Shown here: piece after piece, positions 1 to 12,484 of the stretch
Numbering within the stretch: the stretch's first letter is position 1
Layout: every line of letters begins with the position of its first letter
Source of the DNA: Malacoraja senta
Taxonomy: Eukaryota
Direction: 5' to 3'
Assembly: GCA_038087875.1 (NCBI GenBank)
Contig: CM075988.1
Coordinates: forward strand, 10,604,001 to 10,668,000
Length of the DNA stretch: 64,000 bases
The notes under the pieces: generated by a model
The model's database searches: none
Seen by the model: only the letters and a program-made list of their open reading frames with translations
Told to the model about the DNA's origin: nothing
Program-made: the position numbers and the translations under genes

Positions 1-629
1 ATGCAATCTTAAAAATTGAAATGTATTGAACACAGAACAATACAGCACAGAAACAGATGGCCCACAATTTCTGTTCTGAACATGATGCCAAGGTAAACTA
101 ATCTTATCTGCCTGCACACGATCTATATCCCAACATTACCTGCATATCCATGTGTCTAGCCTCTTAAATGCCACCATCGATCGTATCTGCTTCCACCACA
201 AACCCTGGCAGCATGATCTAGGCACCCACTATCCTCTGTGTAAAAAATAAACATGCGCGCACATCCCCAGTAAATATCTCAAAAAATATAAAAAATATAT
301 ATATTCAATTGCCAGCATATTTCACTCATTGGATGAGCCACTTAAGAGAGCCCATCAGTGCTGTTTGTTGCCTCTCTTAATATTCTGAAAATTAAGTAAT
401 GTTGTGACATATCTGACAGTGCAAATCAGTGAATAAAGTATTGGGATGGACCTTGCAACTTCTGGACCTCAACATCTATCAGATGCTCTCTATCAATTAT
501 CCCATGTATTCATTGTGCAATTTAAAAGCTTCTGTTGCAATCCACCCTGCTGTTCTCCTCCAGTTTCTGTGCCAGGGTTTAGCCATATAACCAGAGGGAC
601 AGGAGAATTTCAGATAAGTGAGTTTAGTA

Positions 630-925
630 TTTTTTTGTTTAGTTCAGCTTAGAGATACAGTGTGGAAACAGATCCTGCAGCCCACCAAGTCCGCACCGAC
701 CAGTGATCCCTGTACACTAGCACGATCCCACATGGACAATTTATAATTTTTACCGAAGCCAAATTAACCCACAAACCAGTATGTCTTTGGAGTGTGGAAG
801 GAAACCGGAGCACCCAAGGAAAACCCACACGGTCACAGGGGGAACGTACAAACTGTGTGCAGACAGCACTGGTAATCTGGATCGACCTGTAAGGCAGCTC
901 CTCTACCGCTGCTCCACCGTGCCAT
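630..925 (-). mobile_element. HE1-type tRNA-derived SINE
   Basis: (TTTAG)n tail, agatacag...gaaacag, ctacaaacc core and tRNA-like head, shared with many copies. Confidence 0.85.
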
Positions 926-1424
926 ACCCGGTGCTGTATTCTATTTATCATCCACCTATATTTGTGACAATGTGTGCTGTATCATTTTTCACATTCATTC
1001 ATTCTTTGCAAACATTCTTTTAATCTTCTCTGACTTCAGTGTTTCCAGTTATTTCCTGCACTTCTTCAACCTCGTATGTCCTTTATCTCCTTGATAAGTC
1101 AGAATGATTTGGTTTAGGAAATTTATTCATTTCGCTTTGTAATTACTGTGGTTTCTTATTGATGATTTTCAGAACTCAGATTTAAAGGGCAGGTTATGCT
1201 TGACTAATTTAATCGAATTTTTTCTCCAGCAAGCTGCTCAGTGAATAGACTGAAAGGAGTGAAGTAGATAAGGTACGCATGGACTTACAGAAAGACCTTG
1301 TAGAATCATAACAGAGGCCACCTGCTGCAAAACGTAAAATCCACGTGAATAAAAAAGAAAAAGATGCCCGATGGCAGTAACCCTGAACAAATGGGGATTT
1401 AGAAGGAGGAGAAGGTAGGTGATG

Positions 1425-1725
1425 ATTTAGTTCAGTTTAGAGATACAGCAGACAAGCAGTGCCTTTGGCTCATCGGGTCCGCACCGACAAGCGATCCCCA
1501 TACACTATCCTACACACTAGGGACAATTTACAATTGTTGATTTTTTAAAATTAACCTAGAAACCTGTATGTCTTTGTAGTGTGGGAGGAAACCAGAGTTC
1601 CCTGAGAAAACCCACACGGTCATTGGGAGAACGTATAAACTCCGTGCAGATGGCACCCATAGTCAGGATCGAACCTGGGTCTCTCGTGCTATTAAGCAAC
1701 AACTCTGCTGCTGTGCCGCCATGCT
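1425..1725 (-). mobile_element. HE1-type SINE
   Basis: Same consensus; B-box ggttcgatcc on the minus strand. Confidence 0.85.
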
Positions 1726-2416
1726 GTGATGTGTTCAGATATTTAATTGGAAGTTTATTGGGTGTGGTGACGTGTATTGTGACAACTTTGAATGCACTGT
1801 CTTCTAGTTTCAATGCTTTAAAAGCAACGTTGCTGATTTTCCCCATTCACAGAGTGTTGATCACCTTTCCTCTGCTAATCCTCTTCCACCAACAAACAGT
1901 AACTGCTTGACTATGAGGTTTTTCAGGGACCCCAGGCACAACAGAAACTTGAAAGGTATAGAACATAGAACAACAACATGGGAACGTATCCGTAGGCATA
2001 CCATGTTTACGCCAAACATGACACCAAGTGAAATTGGACTCCTCTGCTTATTCATGGTGCATATCCCTCTATTCCTTACAAATCCATGTACATATCCAAA
2101 AGCCTCTTAGATTCCACTACTGTTTCTTACTCCACCACCACCCTAATGCGTTCCAGGCACCCACCATTCTCTTTTAACAAAAAACTTGGACCACTCTCTT
2201 CATAGATGGAGTATTGCCGTCAAGACTGAAATGGTCTATCATCTCAGCAAGTTCCCGTGTGAGATACATAAATACTCTGACAACACTCTATGGTAAACAA
2301 TGCTATAGTCATCGTTACACATATTGGATATCAAGGTTCTCATGAAAATGTTCAGTAGCCAATTTGCACACAGCAGGCTTAACAACTAATGGAGTAATGG
2401 GAGATAATCTATTTAG

Positions 2417-2730
2417 GGTGGAGCAGTGGTGCAGCTGGTAGTGCTACTGCCTCACAGCACTAGAGACCCAGGTTTGAACATGACCTGCGGTACTGCCTGT
2501 ATCGAGTTTACACATTCTCCCTGTGACCACGTGAGTTTCCTCCGATGCTCCAGTTTCCTCCCACATCCCAAAGATGTACGTGTTTGTTGGTAAATTGCCC
2601 TGTGTAAAATTGCCCCTAATGTGTTGGTAATGGGGGAGAAAGTGAGAAAACATTGAATTGGTGTGAACAAGTAATCGGTGGTCGGCATGGGCCTAAGGGC
2701 CTGTTTCCAAGCTCTATCTCTGAAACTAAA
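2417..2730 (+). mobile_element. HE1-type SINE
   Basis: tRNA-like head gtggtgcagctggtag followed by the HE1 body. Confidence 0.8.
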
Positions 2731-2744
2731 ATTATGTCTACTTT

Positions 2745-3005
2745 TCTACTGATGAATATGAAATGCCCAGCATACTGGGAATAAGTTCCTGCTCTTTGAA
2801 ATAGTGCCAAGACATTTTATGTTTAGTTGAAAGAACCAGCAAGGACTGAATTTAATGATCCATTTATCACCCAACACTCAGAGCATACAACATGCTCTTA
2901 CTTTTGCACTGGAATGTCGACCTGCACATTTACATTCAAGTCCTTGAAGTTGAATTTGAACCCATAACCATTCAGCCTGAAAGCAGGTGTTTTTCCAAAC
3001 AAGTC
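2745..3005 (-). mobile_element. Ancient Deu-domain SINE remnant (SacSINE1/AmnSINE1-like)
   Basis: cctgctctttgaaatagtgcca...tgcactggaatgtc...ttgaacccataacc resembles the Deu-SINE reverse complement. Related pieces at ~12525-12720 and ~63775-63975. Confidence 0.55.
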
Positions 3006-3217
3006 ATGCTCAAAATAAAATGTTAAATAACACTGTTAAAATCAGGCAGCATCTGTAGAAAGAGTAACGGATCTTCCACCTGAAACATCTTCTTTGTTGT
3101 ATAACTTGCTGTGTGTTTCCAGTGTGTTTGCTGTCTCTGCAGCATTCATCCAGCATTTGCAGTTTTGTTTTGGGATTTTAAACCAAGGTGAAAAATGTGT
3201 CTGATGTACATCATTCT

Positions 3218-3545
3218 TTTAGTTTAGTTTAGTTTAATTTAGTTTAATTTAGAGATACAGCACAGAAACAGGCCCTTCAGCCCACCGAGTCCGCGTCGAC
3301 CAGCGATCCCCACACACTAACACTACCCTACACACACTAGAGACAATTTAGAATTATACCAAGCCAATTAACCTACAAACCTGTTCATCTTTGGTGGAAG
3401 GAAACCGGAGATCCCGGAGAAAGCCCACACTGGTCACGGGGAGAACGTACAAACTCCATACAGACAGCACCCGCAGTCAGGATCAAACCTGGCTCTCTGG
3501 CGCTGTAAAGCAGCAACTCTACCGCTAGGCCTCCACGCAACCCAT
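3218..3545 (-). mobile_element. HE1-type SINE
   Basis: Full-length match to the other copies, (TTTAG)n tail. Confidence 0.9.
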
Positions 3546-6204
3546 GCTACCAAGCATTGTTCCAGCACCTGCAGTTTTGTTTTGAGCCATGGTGGAAAAT
3601 TTGTGTGATGTACATCATATGGCAGTTTATGAGACTGTGGAATCCATTATCAAGACTAGGTAATGAAGCTTAGTCATACTCTTGACTTCAATAGAAAATT
3701 AAATAAACACTGTAAGCAAAAAATAGATCAAAGAACTGAGCAGGAAAATAGGAGTGGACTAGATAGCTCTGATATGAACACTCCGCAGTTTTGAAATTTC
3801 CATGATTCTGTGGATCATTTCCACTTAGATGGCAGTTCACTTTGTGTTTTATCACGATCTTACATTATCATAGTGGTTGAGATGGTCTGTGATATAGTGA
3901 CAGGTTCATTGCATTTGATATGAGTTGACAATTTGCTCTGAGTTTACTTCCTCTCTGGAGGTCATAAAAAATTAATGTGTTCTTATTTCCAAAATGCAGC
4001 ATCCAGTCCCAGTCTCAGAAATGGCCTTTTCTCTGCTATGCACTTGGGCTTTCCTTTTACAGATATTCACATCTCTCACCAATGTGTGTAGAAAGATTCC
4101 ATTTATAGCTCCTAAAAAGTGTACGAGCAGGCTGTAATGTGTGGTACTAGTAGCGGTAATAAAGGTTGATCGGATTTCTTGCTGTAAAAATTTGAGTTAC
4201 ATATATGACAAACATTTGAAAGCATAAAACAGGGCTAATTTGATATTGGTTCATTAACATCGATGATCATGGAGTTATGTGGTGTGAATTGGACTCAAAG
4301 GTACCTGTATGCCTTTATTTCTGTCGTCATCTTAATGGAGGTTACAACATTAAAAATAATCGAGTGGATGTCCATTGAAAGATCAAAAAAGCAACTGCAT
4401 ACTGATGTACAAAGAGGATACCAGAGCCTCAAGATATGCAGCAAATGAACAATTTGGAGTTTAGTTAAGGTTTGGAAACACCTTTATATAGATGGTGGGT
4501 GACCTCAAACCTCTTGAAAATGGTATTCAACCCAGGCACATACTTCTGTCAAAAACGTGGTAGATACCATCTTCTTAGGTTGTTACATGCACAGCTTAAA
4601 GAGCAGAGCCAGCAGGCAGGTTATAACATGGATGAAAATCAGTTAATAAATTGCAGATGCTGAAAATCTGAAGTAAAAACAGAAAGCCCTCAGCAGCTCA
4701 GGCAGCATGCGTTGCAAGAGACCCAGACAGGTTCCAGGTGAAAGACTCTTCCGTTTATGTCACCATTCAATGTCCCCATTGAGTTGATGTCAGCACTACC
4801 AGTTTTAATATTCCATACCAATCTGTGCCATCGTATCCTGAAAACTGACCACACTTTAAACAAGAGCTCTCCCCCCCCCCCCCCCCCCCACCTTCCCACC
4901 ACCATCAGAGCTACTTGAAGGGATTATGAATGTCTGAAGAAGGGTCTCGACTTGAAATGTTACCCATTCCTTCTCTCCAGAAATGCTGCCTGTTCCGCTG
5001 AGTTACTCCAGCTTTTTGTATCTATCTTATGAACAGAACAATTGACAGATATGTTGCTGGATTATCTCTCTTGTCTATGCATAATCTTTCTCATTCTTTA
5101 TTTTAAAGAGATTGAATGGGCTAATGGTTCATAGAATAGTGTGGATTTAGAAGTTAGCATTGAAATAAATTGCTTCCAAATATTGGCTACATGTTAATCT
5201 TCATCTAGGAATTTAATAACCTAGACTAGAAGAATAATGGATACATTGAACACACTGATCACAGTGGGAGGATAAGAAGAGAAATGCAGCATTACACAAG
5301 AGATCATGCCCAATGTGTTATTAGGCAGTGATTAGCTTGCCTTTTTGAGAAGGACTAATATTTGAGGTGTCTTACAAAAGATGATGTTACCCAAATCTGC
5401 CTTCTGCTGCCACCACAATGTAGGACAAAGGCAACATTCTCAGAGAGCTTGCAGTGTGCTATCAGGAGAGGTGTATGAAGCAGATACAATGGCAATGTTT
5501 AAGAGGGATTTACAAAATGATATATGTACAGCAGGGAATGAAGGGGTGTGGACCACATGGAAGCAGATGGGATTAGTTTAATTGACCAAAATGGGCAGCA
5601 CAGGCATTGTGGGCTGAAGGGCCTGTTCTTGTGCTGTACTGATCTATGTTGCAGTGGATTGGAACGTTTATTTACATAGATTCTTCCAGGCTACTGTTGA
5701 AGGCATAAGCAATGCAGCATTGTGTAATTTGCTGTACATTAAAGGGGGTTGACTTATAACAACACACATGCACACACATACAGATGGGAAGATTTTTCTC
5801 ATTCTCTTTCTTAACATGCCTGAGAAAGCGAAGTGACATAAATGTTTACAATGGACTGTAGGCTATCCCGCTGTGCAATCCTCCACAGCTTCATGCACCT
5901 TCATCACTTGATCTACCATCTTGTGTACAGTGGCTTTGTCGTAAACCCCGATGTGGCAAATGTTCTGTGACCATGAGCAGCAAATCATGCAGGAGCTTCC
6001 CATGATGATATAAACAGAGAATACTGGAAATACCCAGCTCACCTGACAGCACCTGTGGTGAGAGAAACAGTTATATTTGCTGTCCCGTTTCCAGGTAAGG
6101 ATCTAGAGAGGGCATTGAGTGATCGAATCCATGTTCCAAGGTGCCACCAGAACTTTTGCCAGAGGGTCTGATGACAGGTCCTCATCCAGAAATATTGACT
6201 TTGT

Positions 6205-6920
6205 TTGACAGGCACAAAATGCGGGAATAACTCAGCAGGACAGGCAGCATCTTAGGAGAGAAGGAATGTGTGACATTTCTGGTCAAGGCCCTTCTTCAGA
6301 TTGTGAGTTGGGGGAGAGGGTCTCAAGAGATGTGGAAGGGTAAAGTGTGAAAACATCAGATCAAAGCAGATGAAGCTAAGGAAATGTAGAATGGTTCATT
6401 GTTAACTGAGGGGGAGGTGACTAGGAGGCATATAATCAGTAAAATTAATCAGAAGGACAGTGAAACTAGTCCGAGAACTAGGATTGGGGTGGGATGGAGA
6501 GAGAGGGAAAGCAAGGGTTACGATGTTAGAAAAATCAGTATTCATACCACTGAGTTGTAAGCTGCCCAAGTGAAATATGAGGTGCTGTTCCTTCAATTTG
6601 TGTTGGGCCTCACTCTGACAGTGGAGGATGCCCAGGACAGAAAGGTCAGCATGGGAATGGGAGGGGGATTTAAAGTGTTTTGCAACCAGGAGATCACGTA
6701 GGCCTAGGCGGACTGAGCGGAGGTGTTAAGCGAAACATTTGCCGAGCCTGCACTTGGTCTTGCCGATATATAGAAGTTTGATGCTGCCTAAGATAGACAC
6801 ATAAAGCTGGATTAACTCATTGGGCAGGCAGCATCTCTGGAGAGAAGAAATGCGTGACGTTTCAGGTCTAGACCCTTCTTCAGACGCTTAATGCTGCCTA
6901 ACGGGCTGAGTATTTCCAGA
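6205..6920 (-). mobile_element. Penelope-like 3' fragment plus pseudo-LTR copies
   Basis: EQHLIFHLGSLQLSGMN on the minus strand. Same 3' UTR and terminal motif as 29545-30860. Confidence 0.8.
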
Positions 6921-7729
6921 ACCACATATTGCAATCTTTTCCACTTGTAGACTTGTAAAGCTCGTTAGCGGTATCGGTTAAAGACTGAAGCCAGACTAAC
7001 TCAATTTTCTCTCTAACAACTTCCTGCACAGTGTTTTATTTCCTCTATATATATTTTTTGAATTCTGTGGCATGCGCAGATATTTCCACAATCAGCAGTT
7101 TCTAGTAATCTCATCCTGCTACATTATTCCTGTAGGTTCTCTCAATTCATAGATTGCTGTACAACATTGTGAGTTAGCAGACCAATCTGGCTATTATTGC
7201 CGTATTTATAAAATATGCATTTTGCTTTCCCTGGAAACATTTAAATGTAAATCAACCTCCTTGCAAATCTCAAAGGTCAGCATCTGTTAATGACATCACC
7301 TGATAAGAATGACAATGGGCCATTCTTTATCATCGTAGCATCCCTGATGAGATGGTGCGTTATGAGGCTTATTCAGTATATTATGAGTAAATTGCATTGT
7401 ATGTTATTATAATGATGATACTGACAAGAAAAAAGCCAACTTGTTGAGCACTTGGAGAGAGCTCGCACAATGGGACAAGATGTATTAAAATCATTTCATT
7501 CAATATCCGATTGTTAAGAAGGTTAAACCCAAGGTCGTTGTGACTGGGAATATGAAAGCTTTTTACTCAGATTGAAGCATCTTATTCTCTCCACAGCTGC
7601 GTTATCCTTACACACTGTATGCTGCTCTGTGAATTGTTATATTTGAAACCAGTTGAAAAATTAACACAAATTTACAAGCATTCAAATGCTTGGTGTCTGA
7701 ACATGAAATCATGGTGTCCAGCCATGAAA

Positions 7730-7980
7730 TGTTTTCTCACAGAGAGTGGTGAGTCTGTGGAATTCTCTGCCTCAGAGGGTGGTGGAGGCAGGTTCTCTGG
7801 TTGCTTTCAAGAGAGAGCAAGATAGGGCTCTTAAAAATATAGCCTGGGGATATGGGGAGAAGGCAGGAACGGGGTACTGATTGGGGTTGATCAGCCATGA
7901 TCACATTGAATGGCGGTGCCGGCTCAAAGGGCCGAATGGCCTACTCCTGCACCTATTGTCTATTGTCTATTGTCTATTGA
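7730..7980 (+). mobile_element. CR1/HER1 3' end
   Basis: HER1-type 3' UTR with (CTATTGT)n tail. Confidence 0.85.
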
Positions 7981-8689
7981 AATCAGAATAGATTCAAGAA
8001 CTTGGAAATGCATTATTCCGGTTTGTTGCTTGGCTTTGTGGAACTAAATACATATGCCTATCCTAACTTTCAACGTTGGTGCAGCTACAGTTCCTATCAA
8101 TTGGAAGGTTTTGATCATGGTTGGCTTCTGGACAGTAGTTCCTCAAAGGTTATGAAACCAAAATCTTGGTTATGTCAACTGTGTGTAATCCATAAACTTG
8201 GGTCTGAAGTTTAATCTCCTTAATACAAGTCATTGATATTTGCAAATTTAGAGAGAACCATGATTCAATTTGCCTTTTATTAATTACAGAAGTCATGCTG
8301 GCTAATGGATTTGCTGTTTGATTTACTTAAAATGTAAATCTCGCATTTGTATGATCATTTAGTATCTGCTAGGTAAAGGTTAATCAAAATGAGCATCTGA
8401 TTTTTTTCCAATGGACTTTATGGCTGACTCTTAATAAGGGAAGCAGGTTGTATTTTAAATAGAACACCAAACTCAGTGGTTAAATTTAATTCCGCTATGT
8501 TATGCATGTTAAATTGTGGGGAAACAAACAGCCTGTTGCCAGCATGGCCCAGGTTGGATTACACTCTGCACCTAATGACTATAATACGTTCAATTTTCAG
8601 TATTCTTTATTTTTATATCTACCATGAATAACCTGTTTTGCATTTTCAAGGATTGGGTGAGAAAACACAACTGGATTAAATCAATTTAA

Positions 8690-9000
8690 TTAGACTTTAG
8701 AATTTAGACTTTAGAGATACAGCGCGGAAACAGGTAGTTCTGCCCACCAAGTCCGCACCGACTAGCGATGCCCATACACTAGCACTATCCTACACACTAG
8801 GAACAATTTACGATCTTACTAAAGCCAATTAACATACACACCAGTACGTCTTTGGAGTGTAGGAGGAAACCGGAGCACCCGGAGAAAACCCACATGGTCA
8901 CAGGGGGAACGTATAAACTATATACAGACAGCACCCATATTCTGGATTGAACCCAGGTGTCTGGTGCTGTAAGACAGCAAATCTACCGTTGCACCCCTGT
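8690..9000 (-). mobile_element. HE1-type SINE
   Basis: Consensus match. Confidence 0.85.
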
Positions 9001-9434
9001 CCCAACACATGGCCTCTAGATATTCACCTTATGGTATAATCTCAAGAGCATTTAAACTTCGAATTTAACTCAAAGCTTCATTGCTTGACACCACCATCTC
9101 GTCAATGACTTCCCAGACCTATATCTTCTACTTTTCATATAAATACACCCTGTTAATTCTACAATTCAATATTCCATTGAGATACTGAAAGAAATCCTGA
9201 GATTATTTAGCATTTGCACATTTAACACAAATACTAATTATTTGTCCTACCACTTACATACCAGTCCCACCACTTCTACCAGCTATCTCCCCGATACTCC
9301 ATCAGTCTGAAGATAGGTCCCAATCCGAAGCATCCAGTTTTCCACCACAGAGGTTGCTTGACCTGCTGAGTTCCTTCAAACTTTTTTTTTTGCTCTAGAT
9401 TCAAGCATCTGCAGTCTTTTGTGTCTCCCCTTTA

Positions 9435-9750
9435 AGTTTTAGTTTAGTTTAGTTTAGTTTAGAGAAACAGCATGGAAACGGGCCTTCGGCCCACCGAGCC
9501 ACGCTGTCATCAATCATCTGTTCATACTAGTTATCTAATTTTCTTGTCCACCCCTAACACACTACTCACTAGGGACAATTTACAGAAGGCAATTAACCTA
9601 CTAACTCACACGTCTTTGGGATATGGGAGGAAACCCACGCAGTCACAGGGAGAATGTACAAACTCCTTGTAGAAAGGACCCAAGGTCAGGAACAAACCTA
9701 GGTCACTAGAGCTGTGAGGCAGAAGCTCTGTACTGCAGTTATGCGCTGCC
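9435..9750 (-). mobile_element. HE1-type SINE
   Basis: Consensus match, (TTTAG)n tail. Confidence 0.8.
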
Positions 9751-9995
9751 ATTCATTTAAATCTTATTTACTGCTGTTAAGAAGTCAAACACATCATGAT
9801 ATTCAAATAGCCATTGTTTGAATGGTTGATGAACTGAAATGTGAGCAAACATATTTGAATAAACTTCTCTTTGAATATTGCAATGGGATCAAGGAAAACT
9901 GATGCCTTAAAATAATACCATCCCTGCATCCTCTCTCATTACTGTGCCCATTTGCACACCCATTTCTCCCACTATCCTGCCCTTCTTTCCTCCCG

Positions 9996-11140
9996 GCATG
10001 GATAGAGTGGATGTGGAGAGGATGTTTCCACTAGTGGGAGGGTCATAACCTCAGATTAAAGGATGTTCCTTTAGGAAAGAGATGATGAGGAATTTCTTTA
10101 GTCAGAGCGTGGTGACTCTGTGGAATTCATTGCCACAGAAGGCTGTGGAAGCCAAGTCAATGGATATTTTGAAGGCAGAGAACAATAAGTCATTGGATGG
10201 CGCTGCGTGCGGCAGCCTCGCCAGCAGTTTGTCAGTCATTTCGACTTTTTGGTTTTTTTTTTAGTATGTCTATATGTATGTGTTAATGTCTCTAGGTGTG
10301 TTTTTATGTGGGGGTGATGGGGGTGGGGCGAAGGGGGAAACCATTTCCAGTCACTGACCTTGGCGGAATGTGACTTTTCTCCTAGTCCTCCCTCGTGGCC
10401 TAACAACTTGGATTGTTGTGGCCTTTCCCGGAGCTTCAGCAGCAGGCATGGCTAGGACTTCCATCGTGGAGTCAGAAGAAAGGCTCCAACCGCCGGCCTG
10501 CTGACTTTAACATCGTGAAGCCATGGTCTGCGTAGCCTCTAGCAGCAGGCGTGAAGCGGACTTACAATCCCGGAACCAGGGATCCCTTTCCGAGGATTGC
10601 CGGAGAAGGGCTCCGACCGCTGGCCTGCCTGTGGCCTATAACATCGAGAAGCCGCGGTCTCCGGTAAGTTAGTGGCCGATTCGGGCACTCCAAGTGTGTT
10701 CCATCTGTCCTGATGTCGGAGCTGCAATCATCCCGACAAGAGGGTTTGTACATCGGGCCATTCGTAGCGGTGACTACGGAGGGTCAAGGCCCCAAACACG
10801 GCTGAACAAAAGGAGGAAGACTGACTGAACTTCATTGCCTTCCATCACAGTGATCACTGTGGTGGATGTTTATGTTAAGTTCTATCGTTCTTTTTAATTG
10901 TGTTGTGTTCTTTTAATTGTACGGCTGCACGGTAACTCAAATATCACTGTACCTTAACTGGTGCACGTGACAATAAATGTGAATCATAAATCTGGATTCT
11001 TGATTAGCACGGGTGTCAGGGGTTATGGGGAGAAGGCAGGTAATTGGGGTTACAAGGAATAGCTAGATCAACCGTGATTGAATGGTGAAGAAGACTTGAT
11101 GGGCTGAATGGCCTAATTCTACTCCTATCACTTAGGAATT
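9996..11140 (+). mobile_element. CR1/HER1 3' end split by an ~800-bp insertion
   Basis: MRNFFSQSVVTLWNSLPQKAVEAKS breaks at ~10180 and resumes at ~10994 (gattcttgattagcacgggtgtcaggggttatgg). Confidence 0.85.
10181..10993 (+). mobile_element. Non-coding CpG-rich retroposon with a Rex1-like 3' tail
   Basis: Its 3' end (cactgtaccttaactggtgcacgtgacaataaa) resembles the tails at ~56925 and ~57095. Internal imperfect repeats at ~10481-10530 and ~10608-10660. Confidence 0.6.
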
Positions 11141-11342
11141 TACGAAGCTCCATCATCCTCTTCCACCTATATTTCTTCCTCTGGCTTTACATTTCACTCT
11201 TTTGTCTCCTTTTTCACCTCCAGCCTTCGTCATTTACACCATCTAACAACCAATTGAACCCCCTTACCTGTATCCTTACCTGTATCCATCTATCATTTAT
11301 CAAGTTTGTTCCCACCTCATCTCTCCTTTCCGGCTTTCTCCC

Positions 11343-11380
<38 letters not shown>
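11343..11380 (+). repeat. (TCAA)n microsatellite
   Basis: About nine perfect TCAA units, read directly. Confidence 0.95.
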
Positions 11381-11381
<1 letters not shown>

Positions 11382-11599
11382 GTTTTATCACGTACTACAA
11401 TCAGCATGAAGAAGGGTCACCAGTCCATTCCCTCCATCGATGCTGCATGACCCATTGAGTTATTCTAGCACTTTATGTTTTGCTCAAGATTCCAGCATCT
11501 GTAGTTCCTTGTATCAGCGCTAAATCATTTTACAGGTAATGTTGAGAAAGTAAACCTGATGCAATTTTAGAAGGACTGTAGTGCATGTATCTGCTCTTT

Positions 11600-12484
11600 T
11601 CATAGACCATTCATACGCTCCACCAGCCCGGCTGCTTGCGGGTAATACGGGCTGTGGAGAGTCCACTGCACCTCACTATCAGCTACCCACTGTTGTACTC
11701 TGTTACCTGTAAAGTGGGAACCGTTATCATACTGAATTTCCCATAGGGTGCCATACACGGCCATTAGCTGTTGCAGGCCATGCAACGTGTGGTCCTGATT
11801 GGCCTTATTGGCTGGGACAGCCATTAGGATGCCAGTGTAGGTGTCCACCAGGGTCAGCGCATATCCCTTTTTCTGACACATGAACATCGGGCCAATATAG
11901 TCAATTTGCCAGATACTTCTTGGCCCAGTTCCCTGCTTAATCTGTCCCTCTGTCCCAGCAGAGCTGCTCCAGGGCTTCTCTTCCTGACCTACCACACACG
12001 ACTGGATGGCTGTTTGTACGTCATCCTGGGAAAGGGCCACCCCCCAGTCCCTCTGCCCACTTACCTGTCCCCGCTATACCCAGGTGGCCACTCTGGGCAT
12101 GTGCCCAGGCAGCCAAATGCCCATCCGCGGGGGAGGTGACCATTTGAATAAGCGCCGCCTCATCTCCTGCGGCATTAAACAGGGCCTCAGCATCTCCCCA
12201 CCAGTGTGTGCATTCACATGGTCAACCGTGATGGTTCTACGGTGGTCCTCTTCCCATATCCTGATCCACAGTGACTGTCCCCACAACCGCCGACCATATA
12301 TCTCCCACCCCTGGGACTGCCACAATGTCATCCATACAGCCATACCATTGGCAACTGCCCAGGAGTCAATGTACAGTCGGACTGGAGTATTGTCGTCGGT
12401 CAAGGGAAGCGTGGCCACCGCAAGCTCGGTCAGTTGGCTCGAGTCGCCAGTGCCAGTGTCTCGTCGGTCCTCAAAAAGATCGTA
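11600..12484 (-). mobile_element. Endogenous retrovirus pol fragment (RNase H plus integrase), class III/ERV-L-like, frameshifted
   Basis: RNase H motifs VRLYIDSWAVANG and HVNAH; integrase N-terminus WAHAQSGH...SCVVGQ; core WQIDYIGP, DNGSHFTG and PYYPQAAGLVERMNGL. Confidence 0.88.

Noticed and set aside
2417..2490. tRNA gene
   Set aside because: It is the tRNA-derived head of a SINE, as in the other HE1 copies, and has no full cloverleaf.
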